Below, in pieces: positions 36,378 to 41,453 of a stretch of DNA of 41,453 bases; position 1 is the stretch's first letter, and the number at the start of each line of letters is the position of its first letter. The notes beneath the pieces are model-generated. The model ran no database searches, was not told the origin of the DNA, and was given only the letters and a program-made list of their open reading frames with translations. The position numbers and the translations under genes are program-made. Location of the stretch: NCBI GenBank assembly GCA_000320545.1, contig ADNK01002578.1, forward strand, positions 1 through 41,453, in the 5' to 3' direction. Source of the stretch: Bigelowiella natans CCMP2755 (lineage: Eukaryota > Protista > Cercozoa).

Positions 36378-37262
36378 ACGGTTATTCGCACGCTTCCTAC
36401 AAGTTAGAGAGAAGGGGCAATGGTAGTTAAGGGAAACACACACATCTCGCTCGTACGTGTTACAGTCTGGGCTTATGGCTCTTAATGGGTGACTCGTTAA
36501 TGGCTTCAAACTTACAAAATTGACTTTCCATCTATTCGAAGATTCTGTACTTCGCTACGCATTTCCCCGCCTACAGGGGTAGGTGTGGTAAGTTGTAAGT
36601 TGAATATTACAGCTGAAAAACGTGACAATCAGACATGCTTGCATCGGCACTGTTGTCTAGCAAAGAAAGCGTTCTTTGCTATGGGATAGCTTAAATCAAT
36701 AAAATCTTGTATGGAAGATTTTCACTTAATTGTGTCTTCTTCTACCTCTCCTGGATGTTACGGAAGGAGAGCGGGGTGGGGGAGAGGCCACTGCCATCGA
36801 CCGGTAGGTCTTCCCGCAAAAAACTCTGTGTCTGCGCTTCCTAAAATCTTTGTGAATTCTGATTTGCGACAATGTTATTTCTCAGGTCGTTGTCCTTTTT
36901 ACCCCGGAGTCCCACCTGCTTTGTGCACAAAAGGGATTCTCAAGCTGTGATGAGGTCACTTCGTGTGCAACGCGATGCTGCCTGAAAACGCGGGAGTATT
37001 TGTGCATGTTTATCTTGAATATAGTTGACGCAGATTATAAATAGGGGATATTTCTAGGATTTTCCTCTATTTCATGGAAGCTTTCCTTTCAATCTAATCT
37101 TAATCTTTATTCCGTAAGACGACCGCCGCGGTGACTGTGGGCGATCGGCTTTAGCCACCAGCAGAGAGAGGTTCTTATCGTACCTTCTGAGGGGAGTTTG
37201 GATTAGGATTCCGGGTTGAGGACCAAGGGAATCTCTACGGACTTGTCTTACAGGACGCTACA

Positions 37263-38017
37263 ATGCCAGTGCAAGAAAGCGGCATGGACCCGAAGGCGTA
37301 CCAGCCGCCATCCCGCCACCCGCAAGCTGCACAACCAAACTCCACCTCGGGTCTCATATCAAACAAAACTCAAACATCATCATATTCCCAGCCTCGCGGA
37401 GGCAATGGATTTGCCAACCCCGCCGCCCACAGTAACCAATATACCGTCCAAGGGGGGCTTGCTAAAGCCGCAGCAGATCGATATCAGCAACAGCAGTGGC
37501 AGCTTCAGCAGCTACGACAACAGCAGCAGCTACAACAACAACAGCAGCTACAACAACAGCAGCAGCTACGGCAACAACAGCAGCTGCAGCAACAACAGCA
37601 GCTACAACGACAGAAGCAAATACAACAACAGCAGCGACAGCAGCAGCAGCAGCTCCAGTTCCAGCAATGGCAGCTGCAACAGCAGTTTCAACACCAGCGA
37701 CAACAACAGCAGCTTCAGCACCAGCAACAAACACACCAGCAACGACTGCAGTTTCAACAGCAGCATCATCATCAACAACAACAACAACAACATATGAACC
37801 AGCAGGTACGGCAGCCACAGGGGCTAGCTCAGGATGTGGTCTCCATCGGTGCAAACACCCATAAATTTCCGGGTTCTTCCACGCAACAGTATCGCATCAA
37901 CAAGAAAAGCTCTAGGTTGGTACGCGATCATGCTCGAGGCTATTCATGATCCAATTGCCCTCATATTATCACGAGGACATCATTCAAATCACAACCATTG
38001 GTGTCACCTGTGTGTGT

Positions 38018-38061
<44 letters not shown>

Positions 38062-38092
38062 CGCATTTGTATAGCTATTGACAGAAATCATG

Positions 38093-38174
<82 letters not shown>

Positions 38175-38522
38175 AGCAACCAGAGCAAGACATTGGTGAC
38201 GTCAAAGCCTAAAATGCCTTCATCATCGTCTGCACTTTCCTCATTTACTTCATCTGGGACATCTCCATTTTTCCCCACCAACAAGCGACGAACACTGGAG
38301 ACATCATTCTCCGCGACCTACCTGCAAACCTTGGCCCAGGCGAAGGTACCTAAGCGCTTCAAAAAGAAAAAGAAGCCGCAGCAGCCTGTGAAAGAGGAAA
38401 AAGTAGTTGGGCAGCCCGGGAAAAAGGCAAAGATGAAGCCGAAGGAAGAAGCTCAGAAGCCACAGAAAAAGGCCCAGAAACCACCGGAAATGGTCCTACA
38501 GCCAGCATGTTCATTACATTAG
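37263..38522 (+). CDS. Glutamine-rich protein (boundaries uncertain; probably extends upstream and downstream)
   Basis: 228-aa ORF with a mixed CAG/CAA Gln tract (37485-37800) punctuated by L/R/H codons, then a Lys/Pro-rich exon after an SSR-filled intron. Confidence 0.55.
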
Positions 38523-38777
38523 CAAACTTAATGGTTTTTGGAGTTTTGCCATTCGCGGCCAGAAACCGATGGCTCTTGTCGCATATTGAGGCAATACCCA
38601 TCGGCATTCATTGTGGTTGACTTTCTATATGTTTATATGGTTTTCCTTCTGTGGTAAACGTGAAAAAAAAAGTGGGGGGGAAGGGATATCATCGAGATAG
38701 AAATGCCCTTCAACACCCGATTTGAGGTTTCATAGCTCAACGATTCGTAGATTCACACCGATTAACTGATGATACTA

Positions 38778-39081
38778 ATGCAGAAGGGCGACCCTATATT
38801 CCTGGACCCCCCGGATTCTGACGTGCCAGAAGTCATCGAGGAGTGCCTCTTCCATCCTCCCTTGGATGACGCTGCAATCGCCACCACCACGACCGTGAGC
38901 ACGAGCAACACCTTCACTACTCCGAAGAAGAAGAAGAAGAAGAAAAGGAGGAGGCTTGTCGATGGTAAGGAGGGTCAACACCAGCAGCAGCCCTGGAAAC
39001 GAGAGCGACCTCACCTCCCTCTGGTGGCACGCTACAGTCCTCAAGGCACATTCATTGCCTCAGGGTCCGTTAGAAAGAAAA

Positions 39082-39121
<40 letters not shown>

Positions 39122-39268
39122 CTGCTAATCTTCGAAATACCAGGTATGCGAACGGCCAGGTCGTGATTTGGGACGCACTCACTCTAGATCAGTGCCGAGT
39201 CTTCCGAGCTGAGGAAGAAGACGAAGACAACGACGGCGGCGAACAAAAGGAGAAGAAGGGGAACAGCT

Positions 39269-39302
<34 letters not shown>

Positions 39303-40284
39303 GAAGAAGAAGAACCAGCAGCCGCGCACTGGCAGCAAAAGACAACGATCATCGGCCGGGTCAACCGCCATTGTAGACCTCGACTGGTCGCGCAACGGTC
39401 GCATGCTGCTGTGTGCCAGCGCGCGGAGGAGGGCCAGGCTGTGGCGCCTTCGGGACGGGAAGAAGCTAGCGGAAGTCGACTTCGACGCCGATGTCTTCTC
39501 GATAAAACTGCATCCTTTCAACTCCAATGTCAGCACGCCAGCACTCACGTTTATCATCATCGTCATCACTCTGCGCACGCACTGGCACACGCACTCACTC
39601 GTTACTCACCCACTGTGCGAATATCGCCAACACACGTCCTCTCGTGCTGCTGCTGCATTCAAGGCGGAAGAGCACTTTGAACAACAAGCAGACGACACCT
39701 CTTCCCTCGTGATATATGTTCACATTGCACATCATCAATCATCATCAATCATCATCAATCATCACCATCATCATCATCATCATCATCATCACCATCTGTG
39801 TTATCGTCTATTTCAGGTGTGCCTAGCTTGTTTCTTCAAGAAAGAGCCTGTGCTCTTCTCGCTCATCCCTTCTTCCTCCTCCTCCTCCTCCTCCTCCTCC
39901 GATTCATCATCGTCCTCCCCTATGCATATTTCACGCCTAGCCGCTGTGGTGGAAGATAGCAACAAGCAGCAGCAGCAGCAGAATCTGAGCACTCCACATC
40001 AACAGCGCCGACACCCCAACAGCATTGACCAGCACTTCACGGCTATATTCGTTGGGGAGGACGAGATCCTGAGCGGGGGGTCCAATGGCCGCCTGTCGCG
40101 GTTTAAGATCCGAACCTCGGGACAACAAGATGATGGCCCCGCTGCTGCTAGGGCGGATAAGATCTGGGAAGGGTAGAAACCGCAATCCGAGCAGTCTCAC
40201 CGAAGAAGAAGAAGAAGAAGAAGAAGAAGAGAAGAGCAAAATGATATACCAAAACATTATATCAAATATATATATTTGTGTGTG

Positions 40285-40355
<71 letters not shown>

Positions 40356-40964
40356 TTGATGAGAGAGAAAAGGGGGCCATTATTTTGCATTAGATGCGCA
40401 AGCTGATTTTCACTCTCGTGGCATTATTGGTAGGTACATCGAGGGCCGTGCGTTCATCAAATGCCTATCCTCCTCCTCCCCCACCCCATCCTTCTCTTCC
40501 CCCTCCTCCCCTCTCCCGCCTCCGTTGTCGTCATCATTATCATCATCATCACCATCACCATCATCATCAGAGCACTTAATTGCCATCACTACTGTCGATC
40601 GGTGCGTGCGTGTCTTCGCCCTGAAGTCGCTCTCCTCAGAGGGGGTGGGGGGGGTGGGAAAGCAGCTGCAACCGAGATGCCGTCTAGTAGCGCCGGCTGC
40701 TGCTGGGGTGCCGGGCGAGAAGGCTGGGGAGCTAATCCACCCTTACAAAGATCCTCTACCGATCTCCAGGGCAATTTTCCTCGCAGATGGTTAGGAGAAA
40801 CGAAACCAGACCAACACATCCACTACCAAACGCACATGGAGCACCGCCGCCGCTCTGTGCATACAGCATTGGATCCATAAGCATTGCCCCCCCCCCTCCT
40901 CCTCCGCCTCATCTCTGCTGTTTTTCTGCTGTTGGCGTTTAAGCATCGTTTGATTCACACGAAC

Positions 40965-40996
<32 letters not shown>

Positions 40997-41053
40997 GATA
41001 AATTTCTATAGAGTGAAAAATCTCTATCTGATCACTATCTGCATGCATAATCT

Positions 41054-41092
<39 letters not shown>

Positions 41093-41280
41093 ATATCTCA
41101 CAGGTTCATCGACCTGGGTACTGGGGGTCCCCGTGCTTGGCACACAACAGCCTGACGCGCACCGCATCTACCTCTGGAATGCGACAACGGGTATGCTTAG
41201 CCAGCAACACTTACGACAAGGGGAGAGGGGGGGGGGGGGGGGAAATGTATCCGCCGTGAAGATTGTGACATATTGAGATG

Positions 41281-41320
<40 letters not shown>

Positions 41321-41453
41321 ATATGGGAGGGAAACTCCCAAAAGTACTGCGGGGGCCTCGAGCTGGTGGCCCAACTCTCAACCTCACGTCGATGGGGGGC
41401 AAAGTCCTCACTTGCGCGAGGAGACACAGTGCCGTCTACCTCTGGACAAAGTA
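38778..41453 (+). CDS. RBBP5: RBBP5/SWD1-like WD40 subunit of the COMPASS H3K4 methyltransferase complex; 3'-truncated
   Basis: PIFLDP..DVPEVIEECL resembles the RBBP5/RBL N-terminus; ARYSPQGTFIASG|YANGQVVIWD, IVDLDWSRNGRMLLCAS, FSIKLHPFNSN|VCLAC..KEPVL, HRIYLWN, LELVAHPTL. Confidence 0.82.

Noticed and set aside
37216-37864. Overlapping Ser/Asn-rich, Ala/Thr-rich and antisense Leu/Val-rich ORFs
   Set aside because: They are alternative frames of a stop-free CAG/CAA repeat. The Gln frame is preferred, though not proven.

Overview
Intron-rich, microsatellite-rich eukaryotic (protist-like) nuclear DNA; lineage cannot be fixed from sequence alone. Left to right: the 3' end of a Ty3/Gypsy-type LTR retrotransposon (integrase with an extra C-terminal domain resembling the DIRS-type N6-adenine methyltransferase-like domain, PPT, complete 326-bp 3' LTR); a RanBP2-zinc-finger/Tudor-like gene; a divergent MORC-family GHKL ATPase with two CCCH fingers; a syntaxin-17-like SNARE (-); a C2H2 zinc-finger gene; MoaA/CNX2 (-); OGG1; pyruvate kinase; a spliced multi-pass membrane protein (-); a secreted Cys-rich preproprotein with a 1-nt frameshift; a large low-complexity protein (-); a Gln-rich protein; and RBBP5/SWD1, truncated by the window end. 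The most unusual signal is non-genic: 0.4-0.7 kb patches, mostly at gene 3' ends, where TpA is almost absent except in CTA/TAG (mainly CTAG) and TG/CA are enriched. This suggests a localized, context-specific TpA-to-TpG/CpA mutation process, possibly the footprint of a DNA base modification at termination regions. Exon structures and dinucleotide counts were read by eye and are approximate.
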